Below, one piece after another: positions 38,843-50,500 of a stretch of 64,000 nt of DNA. Position numbers and translations under genes: made by a program. The stretch is from Lingula anatina (Eukaryota; Animalia; Brachiopoda). Numbering within the stretch: position 1 is the first letter of the stretch; every line of letters begins with the position of its first letter. The stretch spans positions 19,716,001 to 19,780,000 of the forward strand of contig CM120640.1 of assembly GCA_051362555.1 (NCBI GenBank), in the 5' to 3' direction. A model generated the notes under the pieces. The model ran no database searches, had not been told where the DNA came from, and saw nothing but the letters and a program-made list of their open reading frames with translations.

Positions 38843-41800
38843 GAGAGGCAGAGAGACTATTAAAAGATTGCGCATTTTTTCTTTCATGTACGTATGCCAT
38901 ATTTAGTTCCAGGATTTGTAAAGCCATGGCTCAACTCATTGTGAATGCGATCAAAGTGTGACAGAGGCTTAAGCCAGTTAGTTTAACAGCAATTTAGTGA
39001 GACTCCCCAGGGAGACAGATCGATCCAAATATCTGTGAGAATGGTCCCTATGTCTAGACCTGGTAGCTCCAAAGTCAGCAATAATAAGGCTGTTCACGAT
39101 CAACTTGTCACAGCAGATACAATTAACCAAACCAATGACAAATTGGCAATTTCTATTCTGCACAGTTAATAAGTTAGTCATACTAAAAATAATGTAATTT
39201 ATCAGCTGCATAATACAGAGACAAATGGAATAAGAGCAAAAGCCAAATGGTCTGAACAAGGAATGTATAATGTTGGAAGAAGCATGAGAACTGTACAGAC
39301 CAACTGAATGGTGCTACTTTATGTTTACTGCTGCTCATCTGCAATATTGTCTAGTCCATTTTGTGAAATTACTTTTAAGACACTTGCTCTTTAAGCCACA
39401 AGGAACATTTTGCTTAACGCTAACATTTCTGACTCTACTAAAATTCCATGGCTTTTCTGAAGAGCAGCTTCCTGAAGTGTCATGTTTTTGTTTATACAGC
39501 AACATTCTCCGTCACTCATCTTTAACACCCTTTGCCTACAGATGGTTTATGTAGTAGTCAGTGTAACTTTTGCACTTTTGAATGAGAGATAGAAAGAAGT
39601 AAAGTGATAAATCATTCCACATTTGTGAAAAATACCCATCCACATTCAGCTTGCCAAGCTGTAGGTCCTACATGTTTTATTTGATGTCTTTAAGGATAAC
39701 TCCATGCTTTGAATTATGACATGGCTGTCAAAGAGATTCAATGCTTTCAATTTTCCATAATAAAATAACTTGCTATTTATATCCACTGATGTTGGGAATT
39801 GCATCTTCCTTCTGTCACATTTGCATAATACCTAACATATACCCTACCTGAGATAGCACAGTGTCCAATTGTGTACAAAACCATCACCATAAGTACTTTA
39901 TGGGCAGGTAACCTTCTGCATATAAATCACATACATTACCATACAAAATCAATTTACTAATATGCATGAGACAATGCCTATGTTACAAGAGGTAGGAAAG
40001 GTTATCGCTCAACCTGCAGGTTATTACATAAATACCATGCCTGTACCTGAACATCCTGAAAAGCAAAATCTATATATGCTTCTAGCCTTGGGTAGGTGGC
40101 TTGAAGCCATATTAAGTGGATCTTTACTGTTGAGATCTACTGTTCATCCAATTCAGTAAATGCATAGGTGCACATTTTTCTCCTACTTAATTTGAGCCAA
40201 TCAATTAAGGTGGTTAGTCAAAAGCTTGACATTTATATTAACAGCAGTTTTTTCATTGCTTTAACTGCACAGTATCCCCACTTTTAAACCTAAAGATATC
40301 CAGCCAAATAGACAATTTTAAGCGTGACTACCCAATTTTTCAGAAAATCTGTGCCTTTGGCAAAGTAGGTTTATTCAGCTTGGCACTGTTCTGCACTTCA
40401 TGTTCTGGCAACCTAGGCAGTATAAGAATAAATAATAACAATCTCTTTTTTTACTGCAAATAATTAACGGCCACCTGATACTGCCGGTAAGTAGTTTGTG
40501 GCTTCTACTAATACTTACCAGTCCTTGGTACTTAAAAGAATCATGTACACTCCTAAGTAACAACCAGAAAGGCCAGAGGTACTCAAATCGGAATTCCAAA
40601 ATGAAGTCCGCCATCAGGACCAGACCCCAGACCATCAGAAACTTCAAGTACAGGAAAGCACTGTAATGAAAAAAAAAATAAATAAATAACTGGAGGTCAA
40701 TGTATACTTCGATACAGGTTAAATCTTATAATTAAGTTTTGCAACCATGAACATTCAGTTTGTAATAAAAACTCCTCCACAATCAGGTTTTTCAAGTAAC
40801 AGTAAATGACGTACAGAGCGATTTTCCAATGAATGACGAAAAAATTAGGAAAAATTTATGAAAAAAAATAATCTGCATGCCTTTGTCCAAAGAAAGATTT
40901 AAGATAAGAAAAAAAATCTAATTAAGAAATGACATTTTTTCTAAAATATTAGGTAGTAAATGATCAAAACACCATTCACCCGTGTCGGATAAACAAAAAA
41001 TTCACCCGATCTTAAAAGAAGTCTACATAACAGTACTGTTTTATTTCCCCTCTCTGGCCTGACCTCTAAGCTTACAATTACTATCATCATAAAAAGATAA
41101 AAACAAACCATAAAATTAATTGGTAATGATAAATATTCTATGTACCTGACATACGAAAGTATTTTTGAACTGTCAAAATGGGTGTAAAAGTGTGGCACTG
41201 ATCCAGTATATTTATGATTAACCTGACATTTGCATGAAATTTTTAAATTCACAGAACATAGCAAAAAAAAAAAAACAAAAAAAAAAAAACAAAAAAAACT
41301 TCAAAAGCAGTGTTATCAAAATGTTTTTGTCTAAAAAGATTGCATGGTAATAGAAATACAGTTCTAAAGTAGACAATTCAAACTTTAGGTGTCTGAAAAG
41401 GGCCTCTATCTCTATGCCAGAAAGTAAGATCCCATTGTGCATAAACTGCCACCTGAAAATCTGCCCACTAAGGTGTAAAATCTATAATTAACAAGTATCA
41501 GAACCAATTCAATCACATCCAGAGTCACACTGATATTACCAATAATTGCACTTTTTTTTTACCAGCAAGCACTCTTAAATGATGTTGCCTGACATCTGCA
41601 ATATAACATCCCTGATAATATGTCAAAGCCATCCATATGCACTTCAACAACCTACATACAAGCAACCAACCTCTCATTACTGTTATTATCAATCAGGAAA
41701 CTATGTACAGTAACAAATGTTGTTTCATCTAGAGCTGTGACTTGAACAATGACACAATTATTACTGACCCACTTTTATTCCTTAAAAATACCTTATAAAA

Positions 41801-44189
41801 TATACTTTCAAAGAACAGTTGAATGTGTTGTATCAAAATTATTTTTCGTTTGGAGTTTAAAATCAAACATATCAAACTGTTTAATTTTATAGCTCTAACC
41901 TATAAGTTTCATACAATCAGTGGCTAATAAGGATTTGCTCATCAACATGACTTTAGTTCTAAATATTAAGGACTTTCCTCATTATTGCCACAAAGACAAA
42001 GCATTCACTCTGAGATATTCTTTACTGAATAAGACACAGCTTCATCAAGGTAACCTTATGTGGCTCTTTTTTCATGAATATATGATATAAGTTTAATTAC
42101 AATTATACATCTGCTTGCTATGCAGACTGAGATGACACTGAGATATCAACTCTCATATTGGCACTTAAGGATGGCTGGTTAAATTAATTGTTTCATATAT
42201 GCTAATATCAACGCTGCTTGCTTCCTTTGTTCCAGACAGCTTTAAACGGATTAGTGTGTGCTGTCAATATATTGCCAACATAAAGGAGAAAGGCACTTAT
42301 AAGATATAATAACATAGTGACACATCGTGCATCTCACATGAAATGACTCGATATAAATCAAAACCATTGAACTAAAAAATATGACTGCAAGGGAAGCAAA
42401 CCTATAGTGCCATAGTAACAGAATAAAATGCACCCTATTCACAAAGCCATATTACAGATAATGGTGATTTTCAGCTAATGGCACAAGAAATATTTGCATG
42501 AAAAGTAAGCTGAGCATGGATTGCCTTAGTAGAAATTATGCCCGATTGCTTTGGTATATCCTTTAAGAATGCATCCTCCATAAAATCATACAAAAAGCAA
42601 TCTTCTAGCAGTATATTTTTGAAAAATTCCAAATAGTGAAATAAAGATAGTCAAGTTCTGAAGTTCATACAAGGTAACATTCATTCCAATTAGATTTTAA
42701 ATTGGCCTATTCAAGATTGTAATTTCAATATACAGAAGATACTGATACATCAAGTGAATATCGAAATGAAATAGTGAAAATACATTATATATGCTATGAA
42801 GTAAATCTTTAATAATAAGTGCAGTGATTCAATCCAGATATTTAAAAAAGACCAAATCATGACTTCATAAACATGTTAGGTAAAAGCAGAATTCAATAAA
42901 CAAGCTTTTGATAGGACTGAGTCTAGAAATAAACTGGTGAAATCAACAGATTGAACTTAGTGCAACACTAGTATTTGAACTAGCTGTATATTTGATGCTT
43001 ATTGCAATCATTCAGATCACAGACAGCTTTAGTTATTTTCAACTTAGACCAAATAATGGGAGCCATCATGAGGGTTCATCAAATATCAATTTGATGCAGA
43101 AATGCTTGTTCATGACAAAGGTGTAAATAGGGAAAAATCAATTTTGTTATTAATTTACACTATAATTTTGATATGCACGGGAACAAAAAGCTTCTTTGTT
43201 TTCAAATGAGTCTCTCCGGCTGTCAATGTAGACATGTTCAGTGCGAAGAGAAATGTGTTATAAATAATAATTTAAGTGATTTTAAATGAAAGCTCACCTT
43301 ACTGCGAAACATACAAATAAAGTTGACAGATTGAAGACATCTTTTACATGGTATGTTGTCTAGCTGATACATTGTAACTTAAGTTCAGAATACTGATCCT
43401 CCATGAAAATATCATCTCTTAAGATCAGATTCTCTTCTTAAAAACTTAACAATACTACCAACCATTCCATAAACTTGTAAAAAAAATTATTAACATTTAT
43501 TTTTGTGAAGTTTATTCTAATATCTTATAGGAATATCTTTTAAGGAATTTCACCATCTTCATATCCATTACTATATTTTCTTTTCACAAATAACTTCTCA
43601 TTACTTAAAATTTTTTTCAATCAACTGCAACAGTAATGGCAACGTTTTCTAAAAAGCCTCTTAGCAAGACGTAACCATGGTGAATTGGGATATGAATGAT
43701 TATGGTGCTCTTATTTAAAACAGCTAGCATTGAAGGAAAAAATGTTTCACCAGAAAATGTTATTCCGATCTGTTTCAATTTTCACATAGGAAATAAAGAT
43801 TATATTATTGCACAAAATTACAGGTTATATGTTAACATCCGTTCAGGTGGAGTTATGTCTTATGAGATTTTTTCCACGAAAGCCGGCTACGTTTTGCCTT
43901 GACCTATCTAAATAAGCCATTAATATCAGCGATGTTACACACTTGATGTCCTTATCAAAAGTATCTTAAGTCGGAATAATAACAAAAAGACGTAATGTTC
44001 GTCAAAAACGTGTTTTCGGGCGCTGTTTGGACTGTATTCAGGTTAGTTGCACCACACGACTAGACTTCCTGCCATATTGAAAATGAAAACAAGACAAATG
44101 GATTATTACCTGCCGTAAATCCCTTCTGTAATCTTAGGTCTTTTTAGCGGGCGACGAAGCTTGCCGCACTCGGCATTTCGTCTCTTCAT
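21774..44189 (-). CDS. MACO1: Macoilin (MACO1/TMEM57), 644 aa; N-terminal transmembrane region, C-terminal coiled coils
   Basis: Exons 44189-44110, 40660-40519, 31996-31870, 29493-29364, 28783-28717, 28001-27893, 27593-27200, 26907-26749, 26390-26208, 25717-25597, 22420-22246, 22021-21774 (1935 nt, in frame). Diagnostic peptides MKRRNAECGKLRRPLKR, FRFEYLWPFWLLLRSV, DLCRPFAAHCIGYPVVTLGFG, LSAETKLKMDLFSALG, IAEVMA. Confidence 0.95.
22443..25428 (-). mobile_element. Helentron-associated non-autonomous element (HINE/DINE-1-like) with internal tandem duplications
   Basis: Left end AACAAG + hairpin GCAGC-AAA-GCTGT + sub-TIR TGTACAGACA (22466). Right end hairpin TGTACAGACAC-ATCT-GTGTCTGTACA preceded by (GGCATC)n. 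Internal ~160-bp repeats; 23049-24207 is duplicated at 24219-25428. Confidence 0.72.
32271..33377 (-). mobile_element. HINE/DINE-1-like element, short copy
   Basis: AACTAG end (CTAG-TT on -), hairpin AGAGGCG-ATAC-CGCCTCT (32285-32302), sub-TIR GTACCACCAGC (32310) / GCTGGTGGTAC (33363), terminal IR CCAGCGT-AC-ACGCTGG, (ACC)n tract. Same ends as 36491-38778. Confidence 0.8.
35695..35956. mobile_element. Hairpin MITE, copy 2 of the TTAA family
   Basis: ~260-bp imperfect palindrome CCCATTCCCATAC...GTATGGGAATGGG; flanks TTAA / TTAT; homologous to 17029-17290. Confidence 0.75.
36737..38330. repeat. 146-bp tandem array, ~11 units
   Basis: G(T/A)AGGTCAAAGG recurs at 36881, 37027, 37173, 37319, 37465, 37611, 37757, 37903, 38049, 38195 (exact 146 spacing); the last unit has a 12-bp deletion. 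Confidence 0.95.
38330..38538. mobile_element. ~210-bp hairpin (palindromic MITE-like insert) ending the array
   Basis: Ends TAGTCAG / CTGACTA; ~77-bp arms (caaattttatccagaattgtgcaa...cattgggtgtttgtc vs gacgaacacccaatg...ttgcacaattctggataaaatttg) around a 19-nt loop. Confidence 0.75.
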
Positions 44190-44548
44190 ATTCTTCAAAA
44201 GCTAACGATGAGTATACACCTGTCAACTGAATTAAATTGCTTCGAATCGTCCAGATATTTGGCTACAAATATACTAGTCTTCCGCAGCTAATCGACATGC
44301 GCAACCATTCTCGTTTATTTCCGTGACACCAACGGAAATACTCGAAAGAAATTTGCTATAATACGGATCATGAAATGCTTTTTGATATTGCTCAATTTAA
44401 ACCCGTAATATGATATATATAAAGTAATTTTAGAAAATAAAAGCTTAATGTTATTTTCTTATTTGTCAACTTATTACTGAAGTTTAAAATTAGCTATGAT
44501 AAAGCATGAATCCAATCTCTGTTTTAGGTACATCCAAGGCAACTGAAA
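44190..44548. promoter_or_regulatory. Bidirectional promoter region, MACO1 / CCT8
   Basis: ATGs 360 bp apart on opposite strands; perfect inverted 9-mers TATTTCCGT (44316) / ACGGAAATA (44332) with ETS cores; CATGCGCA (NRF1-like) near 44297. Confidence 0.65.
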
Positions 44549-47500
44549 ATGGCGATGCATATCCCAAAACCCCCGGGCTTTGCCCAAATGCTTAAAGAGG
44601 GAGCCAGGGTGAGTTTAACACTATTTAATGTGTATATTTAGTGTGAGGCGATGCTGTTAATATATTTCCTCAATAAGACAAAAACTATCAGGAGTTGTAT
44701 AGGTGAAACAAATAGAACACGTGCAGTACAGATAGCACATGGTCAACACCTTATTTGGCATTTTGACGTTTTAAGTATTCGTAACTATTGTTCTTGTCGT
44801 TAAATAAGACCAATATGTTTGTCCATATAGTGGGTTTATTTGCAAAATAAAGATTTATAGAGTTGCATTAAGATCATTGAAATCCACTATTCAACATGAA
44901 AAATTGAAGAATGAATTATAATCATTTTTATACAGCATTACTCAGGCTTGGAAGAAGCAGTTTACAGAAATATAGAAGCTTGTGGAGAGCTAGCAAAGAC
45001 AACACGATCAGCCTATGGGCCCCATGGTATGGAGTTGTATTTTTATCATTTATAACGAAAAGTATCAGAACGAGAAAGAGTTAGTTTGGGTTTAAGAAAA
45101 GAATGTTCTAGAAATTTGTGTTGTTAGCTCACTACTTTCCGGTATTTACAAATGCATAAATTTCAACTTTATCAAATTTTCCAAAATGGGTAAAAAAATG
45201 CTGTATTATTGTTTACAAATGGCCTGGTATTTAGAATGTCATTTTCATGTACTAGTATTATTTTAAATTTATGTAAAGTTTGAAGCATCCATTCTTTGTG
45301 CATTATTAGTTTTTTATGTTTTAATGTATGCCTTTTATTTTTATTTATTTATATATGTATTTCTCTAATACTAAACAATTAAAATTTTTAATCTTTTCAA
45401 TTTTCAGGGCAAAACAAAATGGTCATCAATCATTTAGAAAAGTTATTTGTAACAAATGATGCAGCCACAATACTAAGGGAGTTGGAGGTTTGTTAAAAGC
45501 ACACTAAGATAAATATTTGTATGATCTATCTTAAATGACATTCATTAAACTTGTGCTGGGCTCAATCTATTCAAAATTGTTGATTATCATATATGAATCG
45601 TAAACTTTGTTCCAAATAGTTTCTTCAAGGTTGAATGATATTGAGTACTCTGAAGTGCCGAATAAGAGTGCCTACCGGAATAACAGTGCCCCCTGGAAAA
45701 TTTTCCAAAATTAATGACAGTGCCTAGCGGAATAACTGTGCCCCCTGGAAAAATTCCCGATATTTAATAACAGTGCGTAGCGGAATAACTGTGCCCCCCG
45801 GAAAATTTTATCAATTTTAATAATTTAAATGAATAATTGTAATGGCAATTTTAAATTATATTACAATCTGGGAAAATTATGTTTTGACTATTAAACATAA
45901 AAAACACAATATCTAGACAAATTTACCTTTGATTTTATACACATAGTTTAACTATTTAGAGTAATCTCTATCACCAAGCTCCCCTGGAAATTTTTTTCAA
46001 TGGAGGTGCAATTTGGTGCATTTTAGGGTATTTATGTAATTTTTTTTACATCTTATGTGTCACTGAATTGTCTTGTTTTAGATGTTTTGAGGAATTAATT
46101 TAGTAATCACATAACCAGACTTTACGAAAGGCCAAAAAATCTGTCAGACATTCAGTCTGCCAAGCTTGAAAATTCTGTCAGACCGAAACAAAATCTGTCA
46201 GACCGAAGTAAAATAATAGAAATATGAACCATTATACATGTTTTCATGTGTATTTTCTAAGGTTTTAAATCACTGACATTAAATCAAATATTAAATTTTT
46301 GATATATATTTATTTGTAAAAAAGTAAAATAAGAAAAAAAATAGACAAAAAATTACTTGCATAACGAGTTTTTTTATTTAATGAAAAAAAACATTGTGGA
46401 ATGACACAAGGACTAAAAACAATACAAGTATGAAGAATGTGTAGCTAGTAATATCAAATGTATGTCCATAAAAACGTCCGTTAATCAGATAACCATTTCA
46501 CACGTTGTTTTTGGCAATAACATATGCATTTTGAAACAGCATAGTAAGGCGGTCTCTTTCATCCAATTGAAGCTTTGACAGGGACTGTCCAGTCCGAGTG
46601 TAAGTCCCTTCTTCACTTTATTTCTTTTTTATAAAAAGAAACTCAAACGGTGAGCTTTTCTCAAGTTCATGTGCTCTTTCTCCAATTCGTGGTGAACGGT
46701 ACATGCAAATACGTACATATGTTCCATACTTTAAGAACCCGTAATAAAGCTGTAACAGTTATGTTGCTATTGATCAAAATAAAAACTTTAGTACTCCTGA
46801 CACTTGGCTCACACTATTTTCCTCTCCTACAGATCATAAGTCCGCCAGGGTCTACCTTCTTACCAATTTTAGTAAACTTCCGTTTCTCTTCCTCGCTTCG
46901 TTTTCATTTTTGCCACGCTTTGCACCAACGAAGTGTTTAAAGTTCAACAAAGTCATTTTCTAAACAAAAGGCTTATCCATGAGTACTGTGTACGACTGAT
47001 AATGACTAAAAACAGAGGATCAAGTCTGTAAAAACGCAAATAGCACGAGCACATGTGTTGCGGCCATTTTTAGGGGTATTACAAAAACGAAAACGAGACT
47101 ATACATTACATCATCCAGGAATCCCCCAACCTCAGCCAGTCACAAAATAGTATTTGTGAGTGAAACTGAGGTTAATAAATTATGTATAATTAGCTGGGAA
47201 CTCCCCGAGATTTTCACCCCGTCTCTTTTCGAATGAAGTAAAATATATCGTCCAGAAAAGAAACAACAAGGTATTCCTTATATTTACACATTTCCAGTCA
47301 GTTTGAAAACTCGCCGTACATAAGGTCCGACGATAGAGGAATTTTTATCGGACCGAGACGAAATTTGCCAGGCATGTCCGACGGTCCGACGCCTTTCGTA
47401 AAGTCTGCATAACAAAGGTTTAGACAAAATTTATTTTCCTGTCTATGCATTCAGTCAGTTTAGTCAATCTTGAAGTTTAAGGTTCAGCAGCTGCAGTTCC

Positions 47501-50500
47501 TATAATGCTAATTTAAACTTTCAAAAATTATAGAACATACTAAAAAAAAAAAAAAATTACTGCTTTAATACTTACAGGAATCAAGAAAGAGGGCTTCCTA
47601 TATTGAATTATTTTTGGATTGACCAAAAAAGTGATATAATATGTTTTTCTTACCATTTTTCACCTTTCTGAAAGTAACTGGTCAATTGACTTTGCGTGTG
47701 GGAGCGCTTCATCCTTAAATAAAACTGCCGCAAAAAATGTTCTCTCTCCTGTCGTTCAGCGCAAAGCGACTCCCGCTACTAATTATACGTAGTTTGAGAT
47801 GTAATTTATAATCAACAACTTCAAACACCGTGAAATGAATTTTTCAGAATTAAAGAGATTTAAATCACACATATCACCAATTTGAGTTCTTTGTTTGTTC
47901 ATTTATATGATTCTATTCATGGAAATTCATATTCAATGCACGCGAAATACTGACGTGACCCAGTTTTACAACGCTACTGCTTTCACAAAACTAACCCGTA
48001 AATCGGTAGAAAATCTTCTCCAAATTTATAAAATCAACAAAGTGCACTTAATTTTCTCCATTTTTATCAGTGAATAAACGTAAACTATAAAAACACAACA
48101 GGCGGTCTTAATTTCGGAACATGACGAAGTGACAGAGAAAGTGTATTTGTGACATGTGACTAAATGTTGTCGAGAGGAGTTGCCTCGTTTTGCTCTGTCT
48201 CGTATACTTCAAATAAAGCACAGAACTGCGAAAATGAGGCACTCACAGGGAGATAGCATACGCGCATGCGTATTTTCGTTACTACTAAATCAAGTGCTCA
48301 GAAGCATGGGATTACGTACAGTATGTAAATAGAATGCCATATTTGCTTAGAAATAAATATAAATTTCAGTTAACATGAGTGAAAATATACTTTTTTGTTC
48401 CATTCAGCCCAGCGAGGCGGTGCTTTTGACAAATATAAGCACGGCGCCTCGCTCTTTACATTGTTATATGCTGGAGAAACACTGGCTTTTATTTACGCTA
48501 AAAACAAGTTCGAGTGTAGTGCTTGCGACAGTTCATTAATAATTATTAACTTGTCCAATGAAACGATCATCAACATTTCCGAAACGATCAACAACATTTC
48601 CAACCGGCACAGTGAGTGCCAAATAACCGTGCCGTGTGGAAAATTATTAATCGTGCCGGGGAGAATAAGATCGTGCCGGGTGGAAAATTTCCGAAAAAAA
48701 AATAGTGCCGGCACGTTTATTTGGCACTTCAGAGTAATTGGAGAAAATCATAAATGTTAAAGAGGACCTGGAAGTTAGAAATAATACCTTCCGTGCAGCA
48801 CTCTTATTGTTGTCTCTTGCACTGTTCAGTTGAATATTCCATATAGAAGGAAAAAGCTTGTGACAAGTTCTGATTTAAGGGAGAGGTAAGAGCATGTCTA
48901 ATTAACCTTTCTTTTTCATTTTGAAACAGGAAGTATTTATTGTAAAGCACTAAGTGCAGCATATGATTTGCCATTACTTCATATATTACTCATTATGTAT
49001 TAGGTACAACATCCAGCCGCAAAAATGCTGGTTTTAGCCTCTCAGCAGCAGGAACAAGAATGTGGAGATGGAACCAACTTTGTCTTAGTGTTCGCAGGGG
49101 CCTTACTAGAAAGTGCAGAGGAGTTGTTGAAATTGGTAAGAATCACGAGAACTAGAGATGGCTATTTTATTATATATGTACCATGTTGTGGAAAATGGTC
49201 AAATTTATGTTATTGTATTGTTATTGATGCTAAATATTGCTTCAGTGTAATTGTTTCATTTTTCCAGGGACTTTCTGTAACAGAGGTAGTTGAAGGTTAT
49301 GAGCTTGCTTGCCAGAAAGCTTTAGAAATAATTCCTGGTAAGTGAAATGATCAAAAGGTGTGTTTATGTTCATTGACATGTTTTTACATGAAAAGCAAAC
49401 ATTTAGCAAGAGTGAGAAAGTACTGGTCTTCATTTTCATATTCCACCATTGATTTGCCCCAATACCAAATATTTATAACAATTATGTTTAAATGACATAT
49501 GGATCCAAGATAAACTGTTTACATGCCACATATTTTTTGATGAAACCAAGATGGGAATATCCTCAAGTCCAATTAAATGTGTGTAACTTATTATTTACAG
49601 ATTTAGTTGTTGGCAGTGTAAAGGACATGAAGAACAAGTCTGAAGTGATAAAGGCAATACGCACCTCTGTGATGAGTAAACAGTATGGCAACGAAGACTT
49701 TTTGGCTGATTTAATAGCAGATGCATGTAGTAAGTATCAGGAAAGTGCCACCAAACTAGAGTGATTATAACTCTTTGACAGCTTTATCTGGTGGTTTTAA
49801 TTGTGAATCATGTTTTTTTTTTTTATCTAAATGCACCTTTATAGTTGGTATTTTGGTTTTGTGACAATTCAGAACATTCGTGTTTTTGAATAGAGGCCAA
49901 CCTGAGCCACAACTATTAGATAGTACAAATGCAGTATTGTGTGGTTGTTTAAAATTTATTGTTTACAGTTTAATCATTGAGGAGTTTTAAGAATCTTCTA
50001 CTACGAAAGCTCTTATTAGGATACATTTAAAGAGACCAAAACTTTACAACAACTAGTTGAAAAGTGGAACAAAAGGGGAAAGGAGTGTTCTCGTGATCTG
50101 TTTTACTTATCTGTGTTTCTTTCATTTTCAGTATCAGTAATGAAAAACAAATTGAGCTTCAGCGTTGATAATATTAGAGTATGTAAAATATTGGTAAGTG
50201 TAACTTTTCTGCTGATGTGTAGCATCTAGCACTTGTCGCTCTTGTGGCATCTTAGTTTATTATTTATTTATTATGTATTGTATGTGTTTTTGTTTTGTTT
50301 AATTTTTAATTTTTTTATGGGTTCACTTATTCTAACAGAAATTAGATTGCAGCAGTTTTTGCTTCCTTGTAAGCTCTAATTTAATTAAGATCCACTCTAA
50401 TCAGTGTTATCATTTTCCTAGGGGTCTGGCATACACAGTTCCAGTGTTGTCAGCGGTATGGTGTTCAAGCGTGAGGCTGAGGGAGAGGTCACCAAGGCAT

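Noticed and set aside
44740-44900. Two stems with AGACCA and ACA in CCT8 intron 1 as an H/ACA snoRNA
   Set aside because: No pocket at 14-16 nt from ACA and no target recognised.
48786-48931. Hairpins ending in ACA near the end of CCT8 intron 3 (similar case in intron 8)
   Set aside because: No clean H box and only one-sided rRNA complementarity; needs a covariance search.
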